DNA from: the human T2T-CHM13v2.0 reference genome, Homo sapiens
Strand: one strand, 5' to 3'
NCBI RefSeq assembly: GCF_009914755.1
Contig: NC_060926.1
Length of the DNA stretch: 64,000 bases
Part shown: positions 23,392-37,989 of the stretch, one piece after another
Layout of the letters: each line of letters opens with the position of its first letter
Numbering within the stretch: position 1 is the stretch's first letter
Translations under genes and position numbers: made by a program
Notes under the pieces: model-generated
The model's input: only the letters and a program-made list of their open reading frames with translations
Told to the model about the DNA's origin: nothing
Databases searched by the model: none

Positions 23392-23950
23392 AAAACTATT
23401 TCCCCTCAGTGCTGAACTTGTTTCACCTCATGAAACCAGTTAACTAAGTGACAAAAGAAAGTTTTGTCTTTATCAGAGTACACACACATGCCAAGACATT
23501 AATTATTTACAGTTTTCCATTATTCATCTCATTTCCATTTAGTGCCTCATCTTTCAGTGAGCCATACGTTTGCCCTTTGAACAGGGTTTTGGCAAAATTT
23601 TTCCATTTTTTATGTCCCTGTAATTCATTCTCTATCAAACATTAAATATTCATTTATTTCTGTACTCTATAATAATGTTTTCCATCCTCCTGGTCTCCTG
23701 GTGACTTTGACTTTATCAGTCCTAATGGATTTTGGTAAGGAAATGATACTCCTCAAAAAAATCATACACTTCTCATTAGTTCAGAACAACAGTGTTAAAA
23801 ACTAATTTTGATAGTTAAAATAGCTGAAAATACCTGAGTGCAGTGGCTCACGCTTGTAATCCCAGCACTTTGGGAGGCCGAGGCAGGCAGATCACGAGGT
23901 CAGGAGATCGAGACCATCCTGGCTAACATGGTGAAACCCCGTCTCTACTA

Positions 23951-24187
<237 letters not shown>

Positions 24188-24499
24188 TCAGCCATGCTTA
24201 AAATAACCGCACCATCAGTTAACCTCTCTGAGCCTTAATTTTCTTGTCTGTGCAGTTGGCATAAGAAGTGTCTACTTCTTAAAGGTGCTGTGAGAAATAA
24301 GTGAGTGAATGAATGCTAATGCATTTGGAAATTATAAAGCACTAACAGATGTAAAGCGTGTTCTTAAATTACTTATTGAATGAATGTAGGTTTTATAATT
24401 TTTCCTTTGAACACAAAGTTTCTAATCATGATGACATTCTTTTTTAGACACATCTCACCAAAATCAGGAATGATTTTCTTCTTTGCTAGGCCCCAGTTA

Positions 24500-24802
<303 letters not shown>

Positions 24803-25974
24803 CTATCTCCAAACAAAAACAAAAAGCTATCAAGACAAAAATTTTAGGCTGGGCATGGTGGCTCACACCTGTAATCCCAGCACTTTGGAAGACCAAGGTG
24901 GAAGGATAGCTTGAGTCCAGGAGTTTGAGATCGCCTGGGCAACATACAGAGACCACCATCTCTACAAATAATAATTTAAAAAATACCCAGGCACGGTACA
25001 TGCCTGTAGTCCCAGCTACTTGGGACGCTGAGGTGCAAGAATCACTTGAATCTGAGAGGTTGGGGCTGCAGAGAGCTGTGATCACGCCACTGCACTTTAG
25101 CCTGGGCAAAAGAGTGAGACGTTGTCTCAAAAAATGAAATAAGTAAGTAAATTTCAGCACACAAGAAAACAGCACTGCATTCAAAAAGGATTTTCCTTCT
25201 TGTTCTTTTTTCTCCAAGACAATATTAAGTAATAGCTGTCATGCATCCCTTTTCAGAGCATTGCCTGCTTGTTTCCCTGCTTTGTCACATGTATCATGAT
25301 CCATTGGGGTGGCTGGACAGAGTGCTGCAGCTCCAGGCTCCAGAAACAACATGAACAGCTCACCTGCCCAACTCCTCATGTGGAAAATGTCCACCTGCCC
25401 TTTGTCTGCAAATCCAATTAGCCAGGATCATTTGGAAGATTTTCTATAAATCATTTTCCCTGGAAAATATGGAATATCCTAGATCCCTTTGTGGTATAAA
25501 AAAGCTATTTTTCTGACTAACACCCTCTAGACCTCTAAAGTAAACTTTTAAGGAAAGAAGCAAACAAGCAAGTAATCCGAAGAACACAAAACTAGTTTGA
25601 TACCGTTCCCTTCCACAATTGTCCCAGCTCTTGGGCAGTGGTTGTCTAGCTTTGAGGCAGCGACCAGCAGGGGCCACAGTATCACAGTTAAGGAGGTGGG
25701 AGGAAAGCAGCTGGGTGGGGACCATGACTTAGTCTGAGCATCTTTGAACTAATTCAGCTCTGAGAACATTTGCTGTATAAGCTCTTTATGTATCTATGAT
25801 CTGGATCAAGGAAATGAACTAGAGATATTGATCTTCCTGCAAGCACGGTTCAATTCATGCCACTTCCCTACTTTAAAATCTTCAATAAATACTTGTGGAA
25901 TAAGTGAATGTTGAATAGTCAGTGGTTACCCATTGCCTATAAGATAAAGTTTAAGAATGGCCTTTAGAGAGTAA

Positions 25975-26403
25975 TGATATAGTTTGGATCTGTGCCCCCA
26001 CCCAAATCTCATGTATAACTGAATCCCCAGTGTTAGAGGTAAAGCCTGGTGAGAAGTGATTGGATCACAGGGGTGAATTTCTCCCTAATGGTTTAGCCGC
26101 ATCATCTTCTTGGTGCTGTTCTCATGATAGTGAGTTCGTTCCTGCCAGATCTGGTTGTTTAAAAGTGTGTGGCACCTCCCTCCTCTCTCTCTCTTGCTCC
26201 TGCTCTGGCCGTGTGACTGTGTCTGCTCCCCCTTTGCCTTCTGCCATGATTATGTTTCCTGAGGCCTCCCCAGAACCCAAACAGATGCTAGCATCATGCT
26301 TCCTGCACAGCCTGCAAAACCGTGGGCCAATTAAACCTCTTTTCTTTATAAATTACCTAGTCTCAAGTATTTCTTTATAGCAATGTAAGAACAGACTAAT
26401 ACA
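25975..26403 (+). mobile_element. MSTA-like solitary LTR
   Basis: TGATATAGTTTGGATCTGTG...ACAGACTAATACA. Confidence 0.88.
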
Positions 26404-27653
26404 GAGACATTCCGTAATCTGAATCCAAAATACCATTCATCCATTCATTTGTTCAATACATACATATTGGGTGCCTAGGAAGGGAAGTATGGTACTGGGT
26501 GCTAGAAGTTCAGATTTGAACAGACATAGCAGATACTGGCCCTGAATTCTTGGGGCTACATCTGATCTTCCATTATTTCTCATCATTTGGGCTGTCCCCC
26601 CACCCTATTTTCTTAGACACAACCCAAGCTTTCCCAGTTCCACTATTTTGCCAAGGCTCTTCATTGTCCCTTTCAATACCATATATGCAATTCTAACTTT
26701 TCCCTAAAAAGTACACCCTTCTCCTGAAGCTCCCACCTAATCTCACTTTCCCTCCTCCCACATGAAGGAAGCTCCCAGGTGAAGGAAGTTTTTCCAGCAT
26801 CTTACAGGGAAGGACCTTTTCAACTATGTTTATAGTATTAATAGTTAGCAAATGCCTTGTAGATAGCTGGCACTTAGTAAATATTTGCCAAATAAATGAA
26901 TGAAGTCCTCATGATTTAAATTGTAGATAACTGTGTTTACACCCCTGAGAGACATTTCTCAAACCTCCTCAAAAGTTATCATCTCACGAACTCAAAATCC
27001 AAGTAGATCATTTGTTCATGATTACTTAATGCAATTAAAATATATGGCTGGGCACAGTGGCTCACACCTGTAATCCTAGCACTTTGGGAAACTGAGACAA
27101 GAGGATCACTTAAGCCTAGGAGTTCAAGACCAGCCTGGGCAACATAGCAAAACCCCGGCTCTATAAATAAATAAATAGACCAGGCACAGTGGCTCATGCC
27201 TGTAATCCCAGCACTTTGGGAGGCCGAGGCGGGCAGACCACTTGAGCTCAGGAGTTTCAAGACCAGCCTGGGCAACATGGCAAAACCCCGTCTCTACAAA
27301 AAAATACAAAACTTAGCCTGGTGTGGTGGCATGCACCTGTAGTCCCAGCTACTTTAGAGGCTGAGGTGGGAGGATCGCTTGAACCTAGGAAGCAGAGGTT
27401 ACAGTGAGCTTAGATTATGCCATTGTGCCCCAGCCTGGACGACACAGCAAGACACTGTCTCAAATAAATTAATTAAAGAAAAAAATGTAAAAATCCCCAT
27501 TAGAAAATGAAAATGTATTGAACTATATATCTCATTTGTTTAGCATTCGGGGTAGAATCATGTCACTATTCCCAGAGAAATAAAACTTGAGGGATGTGCT
27601 TCTCAGGTGCTTCTAACCACTGAATGACACTAGTTCCATCTAAAATGATTTGA

Positions 27654-28096
<443 letters not shown>

Positions 28097-28419
28097 TAAA
28101 GAATACCTTGCAATCCCTTGGGATTCCCAGACAATCTAAACATCCCTGATGAGTGCCTTCTATTTCCTCAAGAGTTATTTCCAAAGTGCTTGCTCCTCAA
28201 GCCACCTGCCAATCTCCATCCCTTCTAATGTCAGCAATAACAGAGGTCTTTTCCCTCATGATAACAGGCCAGGAGTGATGGCTCACACTTGCGAATCCCA
28301 GCACTTTGGGAGGCCAAGGTAGGAGGATTTGCTTGAACCTAGGAGTTTGAGACAAGCCTGGGCAATATAGTGAGATCCCATCTCTATAATAATAGTAAAA
28401 TAACTATATCAACAGCAGC

Positions 28420-28660
28420 AGCCATTACATTTATTAAGTGCTGTGCTTAGGCACTTTGCTTTATATACATTATTTTAGCTAATCTTTACAAGGACCACCA
28501 CCTACTGAGGTAGGTACTATTATTATCCCCATTTTACAAATTAAAAAGCTGAAGGATAGAAAGGTTAAAAAACTTGCCCAAGGTCACATCACCAGTTAGT
28601 GGCATAGCCAGGTTACAAATCCAGGACTAACTGCAGAGCCAACTCCTAAACCTATACTGT
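28420..28660 (-). mobile_element. MIR SINE (further MIR fragments at about 170-295, 2280-2470, 4540-4630, 16720-16900, 24170-24350)
   Basis: MIR core GAGGTAGGTACTATTATTATCCCCATTTTACA...AACTTGCCCAAGGTCACA. Confidence 0.75.
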
Positions 28661-29099
28661 GTTGCCTTCCTGTTCCACTCTTCTGTCAGGGCACAGTAAG
28701 GGCAGAGCCAGGATTCCCAAAGGCTACCTGGCTCCCCCAGGTGACCTCATACCAGTGTCAAGACAGTGAGCTCTCCTTTTCCATTCCAAGCCTCTCCAAC
28801 AACCAATGTCAGTCAACTAGTAAGCAGCAGAAGCAATACGGAGATACACCTATGAGGTTTATTAACTACATTACGCTGACCTGCTTTATTGGAAAAAGCA
28901 ATGGATTTTATTAAAATAAAAAAGGCTTCCTGCACCCTCTCTTTTAATTTCACCCAGGTTCCAGCAAAGTACCTTCCTGGAAGTGTTTTGATAACCTCTT
29001 GGCTGTGTCTAAGGCCCACTTGCTTCCACACCCAAATAGGCACTTCAATTGTTTTTTTACTGTGTTATTGCCACATTGAGAATGGAGTGGTGTCCCAGT

Positions 29100-29572
<473 letters not shown>

Positions 29573-30962
29573 ATATGTGGCATGTGAACAGTTCTTCCTT
29601 GGTGATCATCTTGGTGCTAAGTGCTTTTCTTCCCAAATGTATAAATTATATTCTGCTTCTGTGATCAAAACTATGTAAAGCATCGGTTTACACATTACAC
29701 ATTATACATACTATAGACACCAGAGTGTCTGAGTGTTAAACTTCACCAGCTTTTTTGCATGAATTTTTTACACAAGTCTCATTTTCCTCACTATGTCTAC
29801 TTGTTTCTAAAGCACCAAGAAAACTGTTTTGAAATTCTGACATGCCATAGATGAACTTTTCATGCCTATAACCCACCATATCTTTTTCCTTATGTACTCA
29901 GGGAAAGATGCTGCTCCTCCTCTTCAGGAAAACCCTTCCATCTGTGCTTGATTTCCACACTTCTCTGCCTCATTATTCATTCATTCAAGCAGTCGCCCAC
30001 TTTGTTTAGCTCATTAGCTTCCTCCTCTATTTTATCTAGTCCAAACTTCTCTTCAGCAATACTGCTTGAAAATTGTCTCAAGAAATTCACTATTTAAAAT
30101 AAATACACAAAAGCAAAATAGCAAAATTTTAATTGTTGAATTTAAGTGGAAAATATACAGTTGCTCATTTAATAGTCTTTCAACTTTTTTCAAAGTTTGG
30201 GCAGTTATAGAAACAATTTCTTCTATTTACAAGTTTTTTCCTAGCACAAACCTATTTAGATTAAATCCCCTCGCCAGCCTCTCAGCTAACATGTTAAAAT
30301 TTCCTTCCAGAACTTCATTAATCAGCCAGGCTATAAAAAAGTAACTGTCCAAGGCCCAAGCATGTCCTTTCAAAATCTTTTTAGAATCCACAAAATAAAT
30401 TTTAAAACTTAGTTATTCTAGCAAGAACACTAGAGATGTCACTGACTACACTCACTCTGGTTTACTTACTTATTCCCTCCTGCCTACAAATCTTGACTGC
30501 CTTGCAAACCTAAATTCTCTATCAAGTCACATTAAATTCCCTCCATGGCTTCCTATCCAAATTTTTTAAAAGGGGAGGAAGGGGTTTCTGTGCCCTGCCT
30601 GCCCTCCTCTTCCAGCCGTACCATATAACCCACCTATCGCCAGCTCACAGGTGAGAACACAATGCTTGAAGACCAGCATCCCAAGTGGAGCACCAAGCCA
30701 CCTCCAGCACTCCTGCCCGAGCTGCCAACATGGCTCCCAACTGTCACAAGATGCTCTGAGGATCAGTGCGGGGTCATCTTACACATTTTCACAGCTTACT
30801 CTCCCCAGGACTTATGCGGAGCTTTACCCCAAGGTAGACATTTAAGTATTTGCTAAGTTGTATTTCTAGTTACTTCCTAGACAACTGCTGCCTAAAATCA
30901 AATGCTTTATATATCATGCTTTAATTTTATTAAACATGTAAGTCCTGCTTAAACAATGGTCT

Positions 30963-31182
30963 CAGTGGTTCTCACCCTAGGGAGATTTTGCTCTCCAAGG
31001 GACATGAGACAATGTCTGGAGGCATTTTTGGTTATTACACTGGGATGGGGGTGTGCTGCTGGCATCTCAATAGGTAGAGGTCAGGAACACTGCTCAAGAT
31101 TCTGCAAGGCACAGGACAGCACCCCCACAATAATGAATTATTTGATTCAAGATGTCAATAATGCCAAGGTTGAGAAACCCTA
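30963..31182 (+). mobile_element. MER20 hAT DNA transposon
   Basis: CAGTGGTTCTCA...GACAATGTCTGGAGGCATTTTTGG...GGTTGAGAAACCCT terminal inverted repeats. Confidence 0.85.
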
Positions 31183-31454
31183 GGGTAGCTGTAGTGTTTT
31201 CTTTTAACCTTAGGGGATTTGAGAGCCACTGGAAACCAAAGAGCCAAACTGAACCTATGTGGCTGCAACTTTTTTAGTTTCTTATTAAAGAAAAAGTTCT
31301 CTGGTTTTTCAACACTAAGTTCCCTTATTTCGAAAACAACCGAAAGAGCTCAATTTTGCAAAAATGGCACAACCACAACAGAGTGCAGTGTGATAACAAT
31401 ACAGAGTCAACTAAGATTAAAAATTGGTCTACTAAGACTTTAGATATAATACGT

Positions 31455-31460
31455 TTTATT
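31455..31460 (-). terminator. SF3B1 distal polyadenylation signal AATAAA
   Basis: AATAAA with TGTA about 35 nt upstream and U-rich sequence downstream; consistent with a 3'UTR of about 2.5 kb. Confidence 0.6.
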
Positions 31461-32258
31461 CATCTAGTGGTACTTGGTGCTCACAGGGCACTGTACAACA
31501 AATTTTAAAAATACAATATGAAAAAAATCAAACAGCCAGAGATCAATTCCATTAGAGGGCGATGGCCCACAGAAAAACCAACAAAGGCCCACAGAAAAAC
31601 CCACCCTGTCTCCTTAAGAACATTTCTTTGTTTGGCTTTAAGAAACACCAAAAGAAAATACAAAAGAAAAGGTCTTTGAGAAGATAGGTAAAACTTCACA
31701 TAGCGTCTTCCACATATCACAAAATGCTTTCCTTATTTAATAATAAGCACATAAAATAATCCAAATATCTGTGAGCCTCTATTTGGTCCCAATGTTTTAG
31801 GTCATAGCTTTCACTACTTCCCTCCTCTCTATCCTCAAATTATTTGCATCAGTAAAAAAAGTTAATTAAGGTGTAACAGTCTCCTTTGCTCCACAATGCC
31901 ACTACAAAGCCTATTTTCCATAAAGAACCAGAGGCCAAGCAAACGTAGGCTACTAAGTACTTGAATTGAAAATACAACTAAAATTTCCTGAGTCATTTAA
32001 CATCAAATTTTGGCTTTGTAATCTATTTGTATTCAATTCTCAGTCATTACTGAAGGTCATTTGACATCAACCATAGAGAGCAGTGAGATTTAAAGTTGCA
32101 TGGAAGTACCGCTGAAAACTTCTAACAACAGAAAGATGAGTTTGGAGTGTTTAATTTTACTACATAGTGACATATATTCAGAAAGTTGTCATACAAGGAA
32201 TGATGAGGAGTTACAAATCCAACTTGGAAACCCTTAATGCTCACTATCAATTTGTTGA

Positions 32259-32557
<299 letters not shown>

Positions 32558-33651
32558 ACAAGCTGTTTCTTAACTAAGCTTCTGAAGCAGGAACTCCTAA
32601 AGTGTCAATAGGCAGTTTTACTTACAGTAGTAGTTATATACTAATGCTGCTTGCAGAATTTTTTTTCCCTTTAGAGTTCACAGAAGTACTACCACATGGA
32701 GACAAAACAAAACAGTAAAAATAGTATAGGTAGTAAAAAGGCCAAAACTAAGAAATTTGGGGCCATAACATTAGAAAAGTTTGAAAATATACTTTACATA
32801 TTTGCTTAAAAAATTAAGTGTAGTACTGCCTTAATGCTTGGTTCCTCTACCATTAAATGGCATTTCATTCAGTTTATGCTGAACTCTTAGATCAACTTAT
32901 TATTACTGAATACAAAGCTAAGCAAACCTAGACATTTTAGCTGCTGCCACTGTGTATTATCACAGTACATAAGGAATCTGTCACAAGGTTTGTCTCCCCT
33001 TCTCCATTATACTGTTCTTAAAGGTAGAGGGCAGGTCTCATGCACCTTTGCATCCCCTGCATATAAGCACAGTGGCTGGCATACAGTGGGTGAATAGGTA
33101 TTTACTGATGCATTGCTGAGTAGTGGCTTATAACATGGAGAAAAGCCCAACATTGTCCTGTTCTATCAGCATTACTTAGGTATCCTCACTCCTAATAGGC
33201 AGAAAGCAGTTTTGAAGTAAAGTTAAATTCCTCACTTGCTAAACACAGCAGACCTGTCAAGTGTTGGACAAGACTTAAACCACTTTCTTTAAATGTGTTC
33301 ATAAAGCATTTTGAGAAATCAAGAGATGAAAGGCGCTATGTAAGTACAAAATATTCAAGACAGTTTAGCAAAAGTGCTACTTTTCTACGATGATGGAATG
33401 GTTGTGCTAGTTTGAGGGGAACATCCCCTGAGGCTACTCTTCTTGCTGTCATTATTAACACAACAATGGAATTTTGACAAAGATGCCATCACTTTATATA
33501 GTTTTTATTCAGCTAACTACTTTCTATAAACCATGTGACAGAAAATGAAATTAAGCCACTTATTCCACATAAACCAATACTTTATCAAAGTTCCGCATTT
33601 TACAAGTCATGTTCAAAAAACACACACAAATTAGCATTTTGTACACAAATG

Positions 33652-33657
33652 TTTATT
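33652..33657 (-). terminator. SF3B1 proximal polyadenylation signal AATAAA
   Basis: About 300 nt after the stop; followed on the minus strand by the GU-rich tract TTTGTGTGTGTTTTTTG. Confidence 0.85.
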
Positions 33658-33959
33658 TCTCAATTAAACATTCCCTTTAAACACAAGGAATGAGTTCTAA
33701 ATCTTCATAAAGATGAATTAAAAATGAAATCCCTCCAGTATAGTGTATATAATCACTGTGTTCTTGGTCACTACTGGCATTTACTGTTTAACATCAAAAA
33801 CAAAGACAGGTTATTTAAAAATCATGCTACTGGATTTCTAGCTCTTCCTCTATGACCAGTTCTACACTGATCTGCAATGTTTAAAAGTTTACATCACCAA
33901 ATCAAAGCAAGTTTAAGGTGTGAAGTAGCTGTGCATTAAACACAAAATAAACAATAAAA

Positions 33960-34118
33960 TTATAAGATATAGTCAAGTTCATAACGAATATAGGTGTTCT
34001 TATCATCGTTGTAGATTCTTGGGTAATGTGCTATGAGAGCGTCCTGGGAACCAATGTAGATGGAGTTGTAAATTTTCCAATATACATCTCTGACTTTCCG
34101 GGCTGGGTGAAACAGACC
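33960..34118 (-). CDS. SF3B1: SF3B1 exon 25 coding part (159 nt including TAA)
   Basis: [52 protein letters not shown]; TAA at 33960-33962. Confidence 0.98.
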   Translation of the reverse strand, partial: GLFHPARKVRDVYWKIYNSIYIGSQDALIAHYPRIYNDDKNTYIRYELDYIL

Positions 34119-34227
34119 CTAAAATAATTGAACGGTTACATTATTTCAATTTTTAAGAACATACATAACCTTAACAAAATTAAGAAAACATAAAGATATG
34201 ATTCAAAATTATTTCCCTTGGGGAGTT

Positions 34228-34241
34228 GGGGGGGGGGGGGG
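34228..34241. repeat. Poly-G run (poly-C in the pre-mRNA) in SF3B1 intron 24
   Basis: About 14 consecutive G, preceded by another G5 run. Confidence 0.9.
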
Positions 34242-34417
34242 AACCTACTAATTACACTGCTCTTAAGCTGCAATGGAAGAGACAAAACTCACTCCCCTGT
34301 CACCACACAATTGTTCTACCATATGGCACAATATACCCTAATGATAATCAGGAAAAGTAACTTAATTCAATACACTACTTTTCTTGCTAAGTAATCTTTT
34401 AAAAATCTTTAACTTAC

Positions 34418-34615
34418 AGGCAGTGGGGGGAAAGGGGAGGGAGAGCATTAGGACAAATACCTAATGCATGCAGGGCTTAAAACCTAGATGACAGGTTGAT
34501 AGGTGCAGCAAACCACCATGGCACATATATACCTATGTAACAAACCTGCACGTTCAGCACAAGTATCCCAGAACTTAAAGTATTATTTAAAAAAAAAAAA
34601 ATCACCGATTAAAAA
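34418..34615 (+). mobile_element. L1PA (L1PA7/8-like) 3'-end fragment with double poly(A), in SF3B1 intron 24
   Basis: GGGAGGGAGAGCATTAGGACAAATACCTAATGCATG...CCCAGAACTTAAAGTA plus A-tail; 17-bp TSD AAAAATCTTTAACTTAC at 34401-34417 and 34616-34632. Confidence 0.92.
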
Positions 34616-34632
34616 AAAAATCTTTAACTTAC

Positions 34633-34849
34633 CTGTAAACAATATTGCAACATTCTACATGGTCCAATAGCAACTCTCAGGCCCTCTAGGGCTCCCATAA
34701 CTGCCTGAATTACATGAGGAGATGTCTCAAACACATTGGGCCATACATAGTTCAACAAGTGATTCAGCGAATCTTCACAACCAAATCCATAAACCCCAAG
34801 TGACATGTGCTGTACCACTGCACTAGCCGTCTGTCTGTGTACAAGGTCT
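34633..34849 (-). CDS. SF3B1: SF3B1 exon 24 (217 nt)
   Basis: [26 protein letters not shown]...MLQYCLQ; TGTAG| acceptor, CAG|GTAAGT donor. Confidence 0.97.
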
Positions 34850-35065
34850 CTACAACGGAAGGGAAAAAAGTCCTTTAAGATGCGGTCTTATAAGAAAGGG
34901 GGAAAAATCCTTAAAGATACAGTCTTAGTTTTACAGGAAATATTCACCGGCCCATTAGAAACTAAATTACTAATTCAGTGCACTGAATAGATGTGAAGTC
35001 ATCTAACATTTCATATATCTAATATATCCTTTAGAATAGCTTCCACTTGAGGACTTTTGCTTTAA

Positions 35066-35392
<327 letters not shown>

Positions 35393-35738
35393 TGAGCCAC
35401 CGTGCCTGGCCATCTAATTAACTTTTAAAAGGAATATGAGCAGGAGGGCTCTGTGAAGTCTTGGCTTTATTATGCTACTAAAGAGGAGGCATGTGGTTCT
35501 AACATATGAATAATAAACAGTAATATTTTAAACTTTTTTCTCTTTTTTAAAATTATTTTTCAGGCCGGACATGGTGGCTCATGTCTGTAATCCTAGCGCT
35601 TTGGGAGGCCGAGGCAGATGGATCACCTGAGGTCAGGAGGTCAAGACCAGCCTGGCCAGCGTGGTGAAACCCCGTCTCTACTAAACATACAAAAATTAGT
35701 AGGGCATTTTGGCACACGCCTGTAATCCCAGCTACTCA

Positions 35739-35843
<105 letters not shown>

Positions 35844-36378
35844 TCAAAAAAAAAAGAAAAATTATTTTTCTTTTTTATTGTTATTGTTAGAGATAGGGAA
35901 GGCCTTGCTATGTTGCCCAAGCTGGTCTTGAGCTCCTGGGGTCAAGCGATCCTCCCACCTTGGCCTCCCAAATCATTTTAAACTCTTGATTATAAACTTA
36001 AATCTTTACTAGTACTTCAGATACTGGTATATAATAGGTAACTAAATTAAAGTTAAATTCCCTTCTCACGTAAAGTTTAAGTTTCATTCAATAACTCAAT
36101 TTGGGGAGAGGAACAAAAGATCAATAATTTTTTCAAACCTACAGAAATAACTATCATCTCCTATGTTAACTGAATTTATGTTCATGAAAAATCAATGAGT
36201 TATTCATTCCACAATTATTCAACCAAGTATGAGCTCGCTGGCTAACACAATGGGATTTGCAATGGGTATGAAAATGAGTTTCCAGGCCAGGCACGGTGGC
36301 TCACGCCTGTAATCCCAGCACTTTGGGATGCCAAGGCGGGTAGATCACGAGGTCAGGAGATGGAGACCATCCTGGCTA

Positions 36379-36618
<240 letters not shown>

Positions 36619-37716
36619 TCAAAGAGAAAAGAGAAAAATACTTGTATTTACTAATATTCTTGTTTTTCCTATTTATTTTAATAATGTCATTCAGCATAAG
36701 AATGAAGCAGTATTCCTCATTAATAAAATTTCCAACTGAAGTATTCTTTTCATTTAGTAATTTTCAATGGAATTACTCCCTTAACTTCTTAGTACACAGA
36801 AAAAAGTTTTTAACTGCAGGTGACATACATTAATGACTGCACTATGGTGCTCAGGCACTTCTCACTAAGGAATACAGAGCAAGGGTGATTTACCCTCATT
36901 TTTTTTAGCCCTGGGCAGCCAGGCTTTTACAGAGCACAATTCTTACTTTGTCTCCATGTCTTGCATATATACGTTCTGGTAACTTGTCGAGTCCAGTTAA
37001 GTCTCCCTTTCAGAAGGTTATTAATGAATAACTTTAATCTGTACACAAAAGTATTTGAATGGGCTCTGATTTGAGTAACTTATCTCTCCTGAAAAATAAA
37101 GAGCCAGTGAAACAGTTCTTTCCCTTACTACGCTTGCACTTTCCTTTGCACTTTCTTCAGTTACTTCTGTGTTTAAGGCTGTACGTCAGTCTAGATGGTA
37201 AAAGGTATTAGCAATCTGTCAAATAACTTGAACAGTACTCTACTGGTGGTCACCATCTGAAACACCAGGGACCTGCAACAGGAAGAGTGTAGTTCTGGCA
37301 GGCTATTGTTCAGTAATTCAAAGGCTTAAGAGAAACCTGTCCTTTACCTGCAACAAAAAGCTAAAAAGATCAGGTCTCTGCCCATTAGCTTCTGCTCATC
37401 ATGTCCTCTAACTATATTTGACCAATTTTGAAAACAAAAGATTATCAATCAACCCTTTTCAAAATTTATTTAATTCAATAGATAAGAAAAGAGATTTAAA
37501 GGGGATGGGAGAACTTGAAAGAAAGTCTGGGGAATCACTACAGCGTGCACATTATTTTAAAATAATAAGTCATATTTACAATGTCCTAAGACTCCAGGCT
37601 AGCAATTTTTTCTTTAACTATGTTACAGTAAAAAGTCATCTAATAACTATTTCACGATGTTCTAAAATGAAGGAAGAGTTATAATTATTTTCTTGTATTT
37701 AGTTCAAGTCACTTAC

Positions 37717-37989
37717 CTATCCATTAAAGCATCTTCAAGTAACGGTGTTACGGCATAAATGTAGTCTTTTCCCATTTCACCAATATATTCAAACAAGAAG
37801 GAAAGCGATTTTAACACTCCATTTTGAACATTCAGTTCAGGAACTCTGTATTCATTCATTAAGGCAGGGAGTACTGTAAAGGGTGAACATGTTTCTGCAA
37901 CAATAGCTATTGCTACAGTGGTACAAACTCTGTTCTGCCTTTCTTGAACTTTGAGGTTGTTCAGAAGTGTAGCCAATACATCATGAGGG
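37717..37989 (-). CDS. SF3B1: SF3B1 exon 23 (273 nt)
   Basis: [27 protein letters not shown]...LEDALMD(R); TAG|GTAAGT donor. Confidence 0.97.
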
